A stretch of DNA of 64,000 nucleotides from the IMG/VR virus record IMGVR_UViG_3300037189_026208, positions 1 to 64,000 of that record. One strand, given 5' to 3'. A program made the translations under genes and the position numbers. Numbering within the stretch: position 1 is the stretch's first letter; every line of letters begins with the position of its first letter. The notes under the pieces were generated by a model that saw only the letters and a list, made by a program, of their open reading frames with translations, had not been told where the DNA came from and did not search any database. The stretch is from an uncultured virus (IMG/VR IMGVR_UViG_3300037189_026208). Its lineage: Duplodnaviria > Heunggongvirae > Uroviricota > Caudoviricetes. This document shows positions 20,498-31,246 of the stretch, piece by piece.

Positions 20498-23010
20498 ACC
20501 TCTTTACCTATTTGTGGTAGTCTCCAACCGATAGCTTCATAAACACTTTCAATAGGTGGTACTACAATCTTACTAAACATCTTATCGTAATCAATTTTAA
20601 TTGAATTAAATTCCTCTGGATATTCACTTGTAAATGCTATTGCATCTAACCCATACTTATTTTTAGAAGCGTAGAAGTATTTTATCTTTTGTCCTGATTT
20701 AATAGTCTCGTATTTGGTTTCGAGCTCTAACTCATTTAAAAGTAAATTATACGCAATAGATGCTTTTACGTGACAAGGAGTTGCTTTGTTAAATTTTGAT
20801 AGAGATGCACCTTGTGAATACTTTTCGTATTCTTTTACAGATTTTCTAAAAGCAGCTTCTGCAACACTGAGTGTCTTAAACGTATCGTAAGCTTCTCTAA
20901 AAACTTCATTTGTCTTCTTAACATCTCTAGACAGGAAGGCTGTATTTACGGTTTTCTTAATTACCTCTTTTACTTTTTGAGGTGTTGTTGAGCGTGCAAG
21001 CTCAACACCTACATATTTAAATTTACTAACAGGTACCCCTTCATCATCAAGAATATGTAAGATATATCGTTTCTTTTGTAAGAAAGCTCCTACGTCAGCA
21101 ATGGCTTCTCTCTTGAATACAAATCTCGGATCTGCTGAATTTAATTCTTCTCTAGCCCAGTCAAGAATTTTTGTACCTAAATGCTTATCAATTGCGTTGA
21201 TAATTGTATGAGATTGCTCAGTAACAATATTATTGTCAGCAAGTTTGATATTAAGTTTATCAAGAATTGGCTGAATTGTAATGTATAACGAGTCAGTATC
21301 ACCACTTAAGATTAATGAATTATCTGTTTTAAAAGTTTCTTTTGCAAATTCGTTAATAATATGTCCACCTGCTTTAGCTACAGCTTGACCTGTAAGTGTA
21401 ATAGAGGATGCATTATCAATATCCATGAAAGCAGAATGCTTATTTGCAAACGTACCATAGATAGAATTTAGAAGAATTTTTAACGTATACTGTAGGGTAT
21501 CGAAGTATTGTATAGAGGATGTTGTTTCTTTATCTTGCTTCTTTGTTTTCTTAAGCTCAAGCATTCTCTTACGAGCATAAACTCGCTCATCATAAATACT
21601 ATTAATCAAATTAGGACAAACACCTTTAAACTTTTGAGAATATAGTACACCAGCTTTTGAAAGTGATACGTTTTCTGCTTTTAAGAATTGCTTGAGTTTA
21701 TCAACAGTGATAGTAAATGTACCACCGTTGACAAGTTTAATTTGAACTTCTTTATCTACTTCAACATCTCCTGTTACTATTTTACCTAATTTAGTTTCAG
21801 GTGAAATGTTTAAAGTAATAATAGTGTTAGGGTATAGGGAGTTAACGTCAAAACTTACAATAGCTTCTTTGAGACCTCGTTCGGGATCTCTTACATAACC
21901 TCCTTCAAGAGCCTCTCTTTCAATTTCGTTTTTAAATGTAGGTATAATGTATCCTTGTTTTTGGGCTTGTAAAGTCATTGCACCTGTAACAATAGATACT
22001 TTACCGAGTGCGCGTTCAAAGTTTGTACATCCTTTGTATGCTAGTAGACGAATGATCTTAAGATAGTTAAGCTTATCTTCCATTTTACGTAGAAGATCGA
22101 CGTCCTGAATATTGTAATCAACGAAGTTTTCCCAATCTGTTTCAGCTAATGTTGAAAGGTTTGTAGCGTTAATTGCAAGCTTACCTTCACCTAACTCGTA
22201 TTCGGCAATATAATTCAACGAAAACGACTCTCTATCTCCTTTAGAGTAAGTCTTATAAATTTCCATGTAGTCTAAACAGCTAATACCTGTAATGTACCAG
22301 CGACCTACATCTTTACCGAACTTAGCAAAATTAGAACGGTAATTAAGTTCTCTTACTGGTGATAATTGTTTAATAAACTCTTCACCTAAGAGGTTTTTTG
22401 CTCTATTAATAATATACGGCACGTCAAACTGCTCGGTATTCCATCCTGTTAGAATATCTGGTGGATCCTTTTTCCAAAAATTAACAAACCGTTCAAATAG
22501 TTCTTCCTCGTTACTACACTTATAATATGTAACGTTATCTAGTTTAGGTGTATAGTCGTTCTTTAACCCCCAAGTGTGTATTTTACCTGTAATTGTATCA
22601 AGAATAGTAATGAGGGTAACAGGGTCTTTTGCTCGTTCGGGTATAGGAAATTCATTCGGTGAATACGTTTCAATATCGATAAAATAAACCTTAAGAGGAA
22701 ACTTACTGAATTCCTCTTTATGTACATCCTCTTTGAAGGTTTCGATAAGAAACTGCTGATCTACAGGTAAATTACCAAAGAGTCTTGGGTTACCTGTATC
22801 TTGAACGAACTTATTACGTTCAAAAGAATTTCTAAATGAATGTCTTTTTAAAGGGGTTTTAAAAATAGAAACACCATCCTGAGCGCCTTCTTTTTCTGTA
22901 TATAAGAACGGTATAAACGGTACTTCAGTATCTATACGCTGACCGTCTTCTGTCCAAGTTCTAAGATATACTAAACCGTCTTTAGGGTTATAAGATGCGT
23001 TTCTATACAC
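20467..23010 (-). CDS. gp43: Family B DNA polymerase
   Basis: Exo DIET, GWN..FD..YI, YNIQDV; Pol SFDVNSLYP, KILLNSIYG, GDTDS, KKRY; C-terminal clamp-binding-like DLFDLLS. Confidence 0.97.
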   Translation of the reverse strand: MYRNASYNPKDGLVYLRTWTEDGQRIDTEVPFIPFLYTEKEGAQDGVSIFKTPLKRHSFRNSFERNKFVQDTGNPRLFGNLPVDQQFLIETFKEDVHKEEFSKFPLKVYFIDIETYSPNEFPIPERAKDPVTLITILDTITGKIHTWGLKNDYTPKLDNVTYYKCSNEEELFERFVNFWKKDPPDILTGWNTEQFDVPYIINRAKNLLGEEFIKQLSPVRELNYRSNFAKFGKDVGRWYITGISCLDYMEIYKTYSKGDRESFSLNYIAEYELGEGKLAINATNLSTLAETDWENFVDYNIQDVDLLRKMEDKLNYLKIIRLLAYKGCTNFERALGKVSIVTGAMTLQAQKQGYIIPTFKNEIEREALEGGYVRDPERGLKEAIVSFDVNSLYPNTIITLNISPETKLGKIVTGDVEVDKEVQIKLVNGGTFTITVDKLKQFLKAENVSLSKAGVLYSQKFKGVCPNLINSIYDERVYARKRMLELKKTKKQDKETTSSIQYFDTLQYTLKILLNSIYGTFANKHSAFMDIDNASSITLTGQAVAKAGGHIINEFAKETFKTDNSLILSGDTDSLYITIQPILDKLNIKLADNNIVTEQSHTIINAIDKHLGTKILDWAREELNSADPRFVFKREAIADVGAFLQKKRYILHILDDEGVPVSKFKYVGVELARSTTPQKVKEVIKKTVNTAFLSRDVKKTNEVFREAYDTFKTLSVAEAAFRKSVKEYEKYSQGASLSKFNKATPCHVKASIAYNLLLNELELETKYETIKSGQKIKYFYASKNKYGLDAIAFTSEYPEEFNSIKIDYDKMFSKIVVPPIESVYEAIGWRLPQIGKEVQTDLFDLLS

Positions 23011-23016
23011 ACGCTA

Positions 23017-23044
23017 ATAATAGACCGGTTTTAATTTGTTTCAA
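23017..23044 (-). promoter_or_regulatory. Sigma70-like promoter with a 16-nt spacer, upstream of the DNA polymerase gene
   Basis: TTGAAA-16 nt-TATTAT, then 6 nt to GTG. Confidence 0.65.
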
Positions 23045-24294
23045 GATAATTTTGGATTTGTCTCAAGAAGATATGTTCTTTCATTAGAACCAAACGGCGT
23101 AAAATATGCTTCGTGATGTTTTCCGAGATTCTTTTCATCTTCAAGCCAGTAGTTATCAGTAAACGCACGTGACTTCTTACAAAGATCAGCATAACGAGTT
23201 TGATCTTTAAGAGCATATTTAATTTGATCAATAAACTCATCACCTGTCTTATACTTTAAGAGAGCATCCTTATATGTTACCATATCTGGACAAACACAAG
23301 GTAGACCCATTGCTCCTGCTTCTAATAATTTAATATTAGATTTAGCACGATTAAAATTATTATCTTGTAGGGCAGCGAATGTTAGCTGTGTACCTGACTC
23401 TGCCATAGAAGCCGGGAAGTCTGGTAACTGTACCCACTCCTTGTAAATAATTTCACCTGAATCAACAAACGGTTTTAACGGTAGGGGGTAGCAACCGTAA
23501 AACTGCCATTGATAATCCTTACGGGTCTTCATTACAGCATTAACTACATGTGCAAAATCGTCTGCTTGATTAACACGGTTAACTACGTCTACGTGTGTAC
23601 CTGAAGCAAAAATTGAAATAACGGGTTTCTTTTTATTCTTTTCGTATCCTTTGATAAGCTTATCGAGGTTGTAATAGCGATCAAACCACCATTTCAATAG
23701 ATAGTTCGGTATTACAGTCGTAGCTTTATTACCTGTTTTCTCAATAAAATAATCTCTCATGAAATCACATGTAACAGTAACCTCATCACACATGTTCATA
23801 ATATCGAGAATAGATCCTCGAATCTCATCGCTCGTAAATGCATCTTTATTACGGTTGTAATCTGGAATATCTTCTCTAAAGACAATATCGTCGATTTCGT
23901 AAATAAGCTTAAAGCCGTTTTGCTTGGAAAGCTCTTTAAGAACTTTAACAAACTCTTTTTGAATTGGTGTTGCCTGGCGTTGAATTTTAACTGCCTGAAT
24001 GCCCTGATAAAATCTAGGATCCAGAACCATCGTTGTTAATTCTAACACAACAGCTTTATTATAGAGATTAAGCATGGAGTTAGGAGCCATACAACGATAA
24101 AAACTACAGCCACCGTAATCAGCTAAATAATTTACAGCTCTTGGTAGATTTGCCCCAGGTATTTCAGGTGGAGGTAATTCAAAAGAACCTCTTGTAGGTA
24201 CAGCACAAAATGTTGAAGGCATACCTAAAGGTAGGCCAACAGGTGCACCTATTGTTGTGTCTAAGCTAGTTCGTACGAGATTATAGTTGCTCAT
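23041..24294 (-). CDS. GT-B fold glycosyltransferase
   Basis: GCSFYR, QRQ, IYEIDD, DEVTVT, VIPNY, FNRAKSNIKLLEAG..GLPCVC. Confidence 0.85.
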   Translation of the reverse strand: MSNYNLVRTSLDTTIGAPVGLPLGMPSTFCAVPTRGSFELPPPEIPGANLPRAVNYLADYGGCSFYRCMAPNSMLNLYNKAVVLELTTMVLDPRFYQGIQAVKIQRQATPIQKEFVKVLKELSKQNGFKLIYEIDDIVFREDIPDYNRNKDAFTSDEIRGSILDIMNMCDEVTVTCDFMRDYFIEKTGNKATTVIPNYLLKWWFDRYYNLDKLIKGYEKNKKKPVISIFASGTHVDVVNRVNQADDFAHVVNAVMKTRKDYQWQFYGCYPLPLKPFVDSGEIIYKEWVQLPDFPASMAESGTQLTFAALQDNNFNRAKSNIKLLEAGAMGLPCVCPDMVTYKDALLKYKTGDEFIDQIKYALKDQTRYADLCKKSRAFTDNYWLEDEKNLGKHHEAYFTPFGSNERTYLLETNPKLS

Positions 24295-26092
24295 TGTTGT
24301 TTAATATATATGTAAAACCGTTTCTTTTTTCAAGCTGAATAATACTATCAACTTTACTGTTAATAGCGTTACTACGATGTGTTATAATATAACATCCTTC
24401 ATTATATTTTTCAAGACGTTCACGTAATACTTTCATTACTAATTCAACACCTTTGTCGTCTAAAGAGGAATCGAGTAGTTCATCATAAAAAATAGTACTA
24501 AAATTAATATCGCCCTGTAAGCGTCTAATGTCTAGAAAAGCAAATAAACAGGCGAGGTCAATTCTTTTACGTTCACCACCAGAGAAGTTAAAATAAGATT
24601 TAACTTCGTTATTTTCATCGATAATTTGCTCATCAAAAAACTCGTTAAACTGACATAAGCAATTTGCATGTAGTGCATTTAAGTAGTGAGCTAATCTAGC
24701 ATTCAATAGCTTTAATATTTTTTTTACAATATAAGCTTTAACTCCTTCCTCTGAAACAACAAATTTAACACTATCCAATACGTTTAAATTTAAATCTAAC
24801 GCATCTATTTGTTGGATGTAGTTATTTTGCTCTATTGTTAAATTTTTAACGTTTTCTTCTAAAGAAGTGTTAGTTTCTTGTTTAACAGATTCGATATCTC
24901 TTAGAATCTCGTTATTACTTTCTTCAATAATATTAAGCTTATTTGTACAGATAATATTTTTATTTTTAAGATCTTTAATCTTATCTTTTTTATCTTGTAG
25001 TTCTCTAAATTGCTGTTTAATATACTTAATGTTTTCTTTAACATTATCGTATTGCTCTTGCCACTTGCTTACGTTTTTAGTGTACTGTACTTCTTTTTCT
25101 TTTAACTTATTAATAGCATCAGTTCTATGTGTCGTATCTTCTTCAGAGTATGGTCGTTGACACAGCTTACACGATGAACCTACCTTTTCAATCTCTTTAA
25201 TATTGTTAATATTTGTTTCTAATTCGAACTTAGCAGTAGTTAACTGCTGTAATGTATTTGTATGCTCAGTATCTGCTGCAACTTGAAGCTCGTTTAGTTC
25301 TGTTTCTTTATTTGAAATAAGCTCTTCAATATTTACTGGTACATCAATTATACTATTTTTAAGTAGGGTATAATTGCTGTTATTGTTTTCAATTTTAACC
25401 TCAAGATCTTTTATTTTGTTTTGTTTATTAACATTGAACTGATTAAGTTGTACTAGATTAAATTCAAGAGTTTTATCAATTGTTGTTTTTTTAGCAAAAA
25501 CTACATCATACTCTCTCTTCAACTCATTGTATTGCTCTCTAGCTTTTAAAAGCATCTCTGAAAACACTTCTAGATTAAGCGTGCTTTCGATAAATTTTCG
25601 TTTATCAACTTTAGACTGTGCCATAAAAGGTACAGTATTATTAATCGTCATTACAACAGTATTTTGAAATATTTTGCTAGTAGAGTTTACTAACTGTTGT
25701 ATATACTCGTTTGTTTTAGGTAAAGTTGAACGCGTGACATCAACACCATCTTTTAAGATGGAACATTTTGTAGGTCCTAAGGACCGTGTTACGGTATAAT
25801 TGTTTGTTATACCGTTTACGCTTATTTGTAATTCGAGTTTAACTTCGCAATGTTTTTTATTATAAGAGTTAACAATAAGATCTTTACTTAGTTCTCTAAT
25901 CGTTGAACCGAATAACGCAAAATGCAATGCATCGACGACTGTCGATTTACCTACACCGTTTTTAGAATCTTCCTTATCGTAGTTAATGCCTGTAATGACA
26001 TTAATACCTGATTGAAAGTTAATAACTATCGGTTCACTACCTACCGATAGAAAATTACGAACTGTAAGTGTTTTAAAGCTTATTACCCGCAC
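24281..26092 (-). CDS. gp46: Recombination ATPase, Rad50/SbcC-like
   Basis: NFLSVG, NGVGKST, CKLC zinc hook, FSGGE signature, DELLDSSLD, ITH. Confidence 0.95.
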   Translation of the reverse strand: MRVISFKTLTVRNFLSVGSEPIVINFQSGINVITGINYDKEDSKNGVGKSTVVDALHFALFGSTIRELSKDLIVNSYNKKHCEVKLELQISVNGITNNYTVTRSLGPTKCSILKDGVDVTRSTLPKTNEYIQQLVNSTSKIFQNTVVMTINNTVPFMAQSKVDKRKFIESTLNLEVFSEMLLKAREQYNELKREYDVVFAKKTTIDKTLEFNLVQLNQFNVNKQNKIKDLEVKIENNNSNYTLLKNSIIDVPVNIEELISNKETELNELQVAADTEHTNTLQQLTTAKFELETNINNIKEIEKVGSSCKLCQRPYSEEDTTHRTDAINKLKEKEVQYTKNVSKWQEQYDNVKENIKYIKQQFRELQDKKDKIKDLKNKNIICTNKLNIIEESNNEILRDIESVKQETNTSLEENVKNLTIEQNNYIQQIDALDLNLNVLDSVKFVVSEEGVKAYIVKKILKLLNARLAHYLNALHANCLCQFNEFFDEQIIDENNEVKSYFNFSGGERKRIDLACLFAFLDIRRLQGDINFSTIFYDELLDSSLDDKGVELVMKVLRERLEKYNEGCYIITHRSNAINSKVDSIIQLEKRNGFTYILNNNEQL

Positions 26093-26128
26093 ATGAATAT
26101 TGTATATGATACATTAATCATTGCTACT

Positions 26129-26737
26129 TTATTTTTTTACAATGTATGATGTAATACTTTGTCCGTTGTTTGTTGAATATACTTCACAAAATTCTATTTG
26201 GTTTTTTAAATTCAAAATTTGTTCTTCGGTTACATAAAAATTTTTATAATCTGAACAGTTAATGTTTTTAATATCTTTTAAAAGGCTTAAAGTTGTGCTT
26301 TCTGTTTTAGTTTCTAATAGACTTGTGTGTAAATCTTCTAATATGTAAATTCCTCCGCTTTTAAGTCTGTTAAAAATATTAACTATTGATACTTGCTGCT
26401 GAAGCATCGTATGACCTCCATCATCTATTATAAGGTCAAATTCTACTCCGTTAAAAACACTCTGTAAAAAATTAATATCTGTTTGATCGCCCTGTTCAAT
26501 TACAATACGATCCTCTTGTAGGTATTTTCGATCTTCTATATCGAAACCGTATATTGTTGCTTTTGGAAAGTATTCTTTCCACATACGTAACGATTGGCCT
26601 AAGAAAACACCTATTTCTAAAATAGAAGTGTAAGTATTTCTAAAATTTGAAAGTTTTTCATTATATATTTGTGTAAAGTGATGGTTTACAGCTTTATCTG
26701 TACTACATTTTAGTCCTATTTCAGTTAATATGTCCAT
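26129..26737 (-). CDS. Class I SAM-dependent methyltransferase, sugar O-methyltransferase-like
   Basis: TDK...HHF, ILEIGV..GQSLRMW, GDQ, FDLIIDDGGH, GGIYILEDLHTS. Confidence 0.88.
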   Translation of the reverse strand: MDILTEIGLKCSTDKAVNHHFTQIYNEKLSNFRNTYTSILEIGVFLGQSLRMWKEYFPKATIYGFDIEDRKYLQEDRIVIEQGDQTDINFLQSVFNGVEFDLIIDDGGHTMLQQQVSIVNIFNRLKSGGIYILEDLHTSLLETKTESTTLSLLKDIKNINCSDYKNFYVTEEQILNLKNQIEFCEVYSTNNGQSITSYIVKK

Positions 26738-26740
26738 AAA

Positions 26741-27448
26741 TTATACTATTTTTGTAAATCCTTCGGTGTTCCATTTTCTATAAAATACTTCTTGAGCATC
26801 AAGAAGTTTCTTTCTTACCTGATCTGATGTCTCTTCAGATTCGGGTTTATTTAGCCCGTGTTCAATTTGGGATGCTGTATTTAAAGCATGCGGTAATTTG
26901 TTTGCCTGTAGACAGCGTTCATAATCGTTATCTTGAAAATAAAAATCAAAACGCTCATCAAATTTACCAATAATATCAAAAACCTGTTTACGCATAAACA
27001 AACAAAAACCTAATAAAAATTTTGTTGTTTCATAACCAAAATATAAAGTATTATCTTCTGGGAAATCATTATATGTATTTCTATGCCAGGAACGATCTAC
27101 CGGGCTTGCAGACATGAGAGTGTTAATTTTATTAAACGCAAATACCATGTTCTCAAGGCATTTTGGTTTTGTTATAACATCGTTATTTGAAATACAAATA
27201 AACTCTGATGTACAGTATGTCAAAGCTATATTAAGAAATTTGTTGTAATTGAAATCGTAAGGCGGTACAACACTAATAATTTTATTAGAAATATTTTTCC
27301 AAATAGAGTTATCAAAGTCTTTATTACTCTCAACCAGAATAATATTATTAATATACTGTTCTTCTTTAAGGTAAGACGTAATACATCTTAATACCATTTC
27401 ATAATACTCACTATTTTTTGTATATGTAAGTATAATAATATCGATCAT
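26741..27448 (-). CDS. GT2-family glycosyltransferase
   Basis: IDIIILT, FNYNKFLN, ISNNDV, GFCLF, FDERFDFYFQDND. Confidence 0.88.
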   Translation of the reverse strand: MIDIIILTYTKNSEYYEMVLRCITSYLKEEQYINNIILVESNKDFDNSIWKNISNKIISVVPPYDFNYNKFLNIALTYCTSEFICISNNDVITKPKCLENMVFAFNKINTLMSASPVDRSWHRNTYNDFPEDNTLYFGYETTKFLLGFCLFMRKQVFDIIGKFDERFDFYFQDNDYERCLQANKLPHALNTASQIEHGLNKPESEETSDQVRKKLLDAQEVFYRKWNTEGFTKIV

Positions 27449-28164
27449 AGAGTTATACCTTCGAGGTGTTTTGTTTCTTGTGCGTATATACGCTGTACGT
27501 GCTGACCATGCATTAATATACCGACATTATTATGTGTTGCAGTACTACTTACGTCTATATCTTCATCCTTTTCGCCGTATTTACTAACATGCCAGGACAT
27601 ACCTTCGTAGTGTTTATATAGTACTCCGCTACCGTTATAGTTACCAATTTTTAATTTATGTTTTCTAATATCTTCGAAAAACGAAGAACCGATATCGTAT
27701 CTCTTTTCTCCTCTACTCTTTTGTCTTTCAATATCAAAGAAATTAATATTATGATCTTTTACATGCTTAACGTTTATAAAACAATGCCAAGGATGTACTC
27801 TATTATATAGTTTTTTACCTGCACGGTCTCCTACTATTTCTCCCATTAGTGTTAAATCCATCTCTTTAAATTGTCTAAAGATTTCATCATGATTTGATAG
27901 AAAAATAACATCCGTATCTACTAGTAAAGCATAATCTGTTTTTACGTTTTTAAGTAAAATATCAACCGAAGGTCCGTGTATACCTCCTTTATTTTCAACA
28001 AATGGTATATTTGCTCTTTTGAGAATATCTTTTGTAAGATTATCTATAGAATTTTCACATATTAATATATTACATTCTGGGTGAAACGCTCTAAATGTTT
28101 TTAACATATTAGACGTAACAACAGGAGTGTTATATGAGCAAGATATAAGAGTTAAATTATCCAT
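27445..28164 (-). CDS. GT-A fold glycosyltransferase
   Basis: CSYNT, ICENS, HG, YALLVDTDV (DxD), HPW, YDIG. Confidence 0.8.
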   Translation of the reverse strand: MDNLTLISCSYNTPVVTSNMLKTFRAFHPECNILICENSIDNLTKDILKRANIPFVENKGGIHGPSVDILLKNVKTDYALLVDTDVIFLSNHDEIFRQFKEMDLTLMGEIVGDRAGKKLYNRVHPWHCFINVKHVKDHNINFFDIERQKSRGEKRYDIGSSFFEDIRKHKLKIGNYNGSGVLYKHYEGMSWHVSKYGEKDEDIDVSSTATHNNVGILMHGQHVQRIYAQETKHLEGITL

Positions 28165-28966
28165 TTTGCTTATAAATTTCTTTTAAGGATTTTTTTACTA
28201 AATCAAGCGGGGTATCAGGTATGCCACCAGGTACGGTGCCATGCTTTTTAACAAAAATTTCATCAGCTGCTCTAACTATAGTTTGATGATCGCTTCTTGA
28301 ACTAATTGTACTTGTTTGAAGAGTCCAAGGAATATCCTCTAGGTATTGATTTGAGTTTGCAATATCTGCAAAATACCAGAATGGCGGATGCATTCCTTTT
28401 TGTATAATTCTATAAGTGTGTTCTACGTGTTCACACGCGTTAAAAAATAACTCATCAATTAACCCTACTTCTTCAAGACACTTACGCGTATAAAAAGAAA
28501 ACGCACCCACACAATGTGGATATAATGCAATTGAAAGATCCTCTGAATAGCTTATAACAGTTCTAGGGTTAGGGGTTTCGGATCTAAACATTTTATTCAT
28601 AAGTCCGTGCTGACTATAATTAAAATGCTGTATACCTGTGCCTTTTGAAGCATCTATATATCTCTGAAAAACACTTTCATCCTTAATAAGGATATCATCT
28701 TCTATTAAGAAAATGTAATCGCAACCTTTTTCTAATAAAAGCTTTGTAGCATCATTTTTACTAATACCAACACCCTTATTGGTTTTATGCTGTATTAATG
28801 TAAAATTATCTTTATTCGGGTATAGATCATCACTGTAAGGCGTACCGTCATTTACAACTACAACATGTTGTATCTTATCAACAGGTATAGTTTTAAAACT
28901 CTTTTTAAAGTAATTCTCTCTATTGTATGTTACAATACCTATACCTATTTTATTATTTGTTTCCAT
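28157..28966 (-). CDS. GT2-family glycosyltransferase
   Basis: IGIVTYNR, VVNDGT, NKGVGISKN, FLIEDD, VGLIDE, EHVEH. Confidence 0.9.
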   Translation of the reverse strand: METNNKIGIGIVTYNRENYFKKSFKTIPVDKIQHVVVVNDGTPYSDDLYPNKDNFTLIQHKTNKGVGISKNDATKLLLEKGCDYIFLIEDDILIKDESVFQRYIDASKGTGIQHFNYSQHGLMNKMFRSETPNPRTVISYSEDLSIALYPHCVGAFSFYTRKCLEEVGLIDELFFNACEHVEHTYRIIQKGMHPPFWYFADIANSNQYLEDIPWTLQTSTISSRSDHQTIVRAADEIFVKKHGTVPGGIPDTPLDLVKKSLKEIYKQNG

Positions 28967-29612
28967 TTTTAATTTCTTTTAGTTGTGGTTTAAGATCGTC
29001 AATACTAGGTATTAGCTGATCCCAGGGTAGTACATTATATTTGTATTTGTACCAGCCACTAGAGTACATCTCTAGAGTTTGTTTAGCAACTTTATCGTCC
29101 TTTTGAACGATATCAAATAACCAGGGTGTAGTCTTATCAATACTTGAAGGGTATAAGTTTGTACTTCCTAATCTAATTGCATAATCCATTGAGCATAATG
29201 AATCGTTAAGTCTTACATCTAAATAACCAATTTTATCTATTGCTTGTCTTGTAAAAACCTCTAAAACAACTTTTTGCTCGCTACCGTTGCTTACATTTAT
29301 CTTAACACTACCATAATCTATAACAGTACCTGTTTTAAGAGGCCCTGTGAGGTAGTTGATACCAGTTGAAATAATAGTATTTACGTACTGTTCAGCTACA
29401 ATTCTCAATGAATTAACAGATAAGGGAGGTAGTTCATTGTTTGTGTTGTATATAACAAAATACTGATACTGTTCGTTATCAATAAAGCGTCGTAGAAAGC
29501 TATTTTTAGTAGCGGTAACATTTTTACCTATAGAGGAAAAAAATATACCTGGTTCTTCTTCATTTTGAAGAGATGGCTTTGTAATAATACCAATTGCTAT
29601 TTGATTATTCAT
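28953..29612 (-). CDS. Degenerate GT2-like paralog
   Basis: Shares IAIGII.., KN, IGYLD, WLFDI and the C-terminal LKEI pattern with 28157..28966, but has no clear DxD. Confidence 0.55.
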   Translation of the reverse strand: MNNQIAIGIITKPSLQNEEEPGIFFSSIGKNVTATKNSFLRRFIDNEQYQYFVIYNTNNELPPLSVNSLRIVAEQYVNTIISTGINYLTGPLKTGTVIDYGSVKINVSNGSEQKVVLEVFTRQAIDKIGYLDVRLNDSLCSMDYAIRLGSTNLYPSSIDKTTPWLFDIVQKDDKVAKQTLEMYSSGWYKYKYNVLPWDQLIPSIDDLKPQLKEIKNGNK

Positions 29613-30660
29613 TTGTTTGTTGTGATATTTTATATAGTTCTAAGCATTTATCTAGTATACTTCTTTTATCTACATCAGTTGTTAATAAATTAACAAATTC
29701 TTGTAACGCTGTTTCAATGTCGAAACTTAAATTTTCTAATTCTTCTCCTTCAACTTGTTTTTCTTCTAAGAGATTAAATTCAGTTCTTAAAGAGAGAGGT
29801 TTATACTGCGATATTTTTGTAATAATAGAATCAATATGTTGAGCGGTTAATTTGTTATCAACATAAAGACTAACTATATTGTTTCTTACTATCTCCTCAA
29901 CATTCTTTATAGAACCGTCAAATATTTTTGCAGTATTAATTCTCTTATGCTTAGGTGAAAATGTATTTTCAATAAATTCAACATCTAGCGTATCTACATC
30001 TAATATCGAAACACCTTTTTGTTGATCTCTGTCTCCAAAATCTAACTCATGAGGTGAACCTAGATATAATATACTTTTACCACCAGGGTAGAACCTATGC
30101 TCTCTAAAATGAAAATGACCTGATATAACTAAATCAGCCTTATCATGTAAAAAGGTATTTTCAAAACCATGCTCACATACTTTATGTTGGTTCATTCTAA
30201 AATTAATAATATCAAAATGTCCAACTATAACATCACACTTAGGTATACTCTTAGCTTCAGTACCCCAAGGGCAAAATGTAAATGATTTATCTCTAATTTT
30301 AAAATTACGTAACTCTTCAAAAACTGTTACGTTCTTATTATTAAGAATAGAAATCGAATTAACGTCAGATTTATCTTTATAGAAGCAATCATGATTACCA
30401 GTTATTGCTACAATATTAAAATCTTCTAATATATTAAAAAATCTATTCGCAGCATGTATTGTGTTAACACCAATTAAATGTCTATCATGAAAGATATCTC
30501 CTGCAATAATAATATCTTTAATATTGCGTTCAAGTAATGTCGATTTTAACCAATAAGCAAATTTGATAGCTATATCATGCCAGGTCTGCGAGTTTTGATG
30601 TACACCTAAGTGTATATCACTTATACAGGCTATTTTTGGACCTGTGATATTATTCATCAT
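29605..30660 (-). CDS. gp47: Recombination nuclease, Mre11/SbcD-like
   Basis: SDIHLG, GDIF, GNHD, GHF, SGHFH, YLGSP. Confidence 0.95.
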   Translation of the reverse strand: MMNNITGPKIACISDIHLGVHQNSQTWHDIAIKFAYWLKSTLLERNIKDIIIAGDIFHDRHLIGVNTIHAANRFFNILEDFNIVAITGNHDCFYKDKSDVNSISILNNKNVTVFEELRNFKIRDKSFTFCPWGTEAKSIPKCDVIVGHFDIINFRMNQHKVCEHGFENTFLHDKADLVISGHFHFREHRFYPGGKSILYLGSPHELDFGDRDQQKGVSILDVDTLDVEFIENTFSPKHKRINTAKIFDGSIKNVEEIVRNNIVSLYVDNKLTAQHIDSIITKISQYKPLSLRTEFNLLEEKQVEGEELENLSFDIETALQEFVNLLTTDVDKRSILDKCLELYKISQQTNE

Positions 30661-31210
30661 TTGTTGCTAGTGAATCGTCATAGTGATCACTACCGTCATC
30701 TTCTCTGTGAGCATTTTTCTGATAGGGTATCTGACCACTCTCTGCTAGTAGTTCATAAACTTCATTTTGATATCTATGAATAGTTTCATGTTCTTTCTTT
30801 TCTTTTTTAATTCTATTTTGAAATGCTCTATAAGCTACTTTTGTAAAGTAAGAAAAAGGATTATACCCGCTATCACACTTAAATCTCTTTCTAGTTAAAG
30901 CAGTCATCATCTTAATGATCGCGTCCCCAATCATTTCTTCCTTATATGAATAGTTAATAAAGTTCTGTGCGTACCCTAGACGTGTACCGATCTTTTGAAT
31001 CATGTCGGCTAGTTCATTCTTAAGATCGTTAGTTTTGTAGTACTCCTTTATAAGATTTTCCATCTCAATCGGGTCAACGTAATTTGGCTTAAGCTCTTCT
31101 TTAGTACGTCTGACTCTCTTCTTACCTTTTGTAATAGCTTTATCGTCTAGTATTTCATCTAGATCTGGCTCTTCGAATCCGACGAACGCATCTTTTTGTT
31201 TTTTAATCAT
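30650..31210 (-). CDS. gp55: Late transcription sigma factor
   Basis: NYVD, NFINYSYKEEMIGDA, NPFSYFTK..Y.AF..RIKKEKK. Confidence 0.95.
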   Translation of the reverse strand: MIKKQKDAFVGFEEPDLDEILDDKAITKGKKRVRRTKEELKPNYVDPIEMENLIKEYYKTNDLKNELADMIQKIGTRLGYAQNFINYSYKEEMIGDAIIKMMTALTRKRFKCDSGYNPFSYFTKVAYRAFQNRIKKEKKEHETIHRYQNEVYELLAESGQIPYQKNAHREDDGSDHYDDSLATNDE

Positions 31211-31246
31211 AAAATTTAATCAATAATATACGATTGATATGTTTAA

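Noticed and set aside
20467..23010. SGDTDS instead of YGDTDS as a sign of polymerase adaptation to modified bases
   Set aside because: This position varies among T4-like polymerases (T4 itself has AGDTDS), so it is not informative alone.
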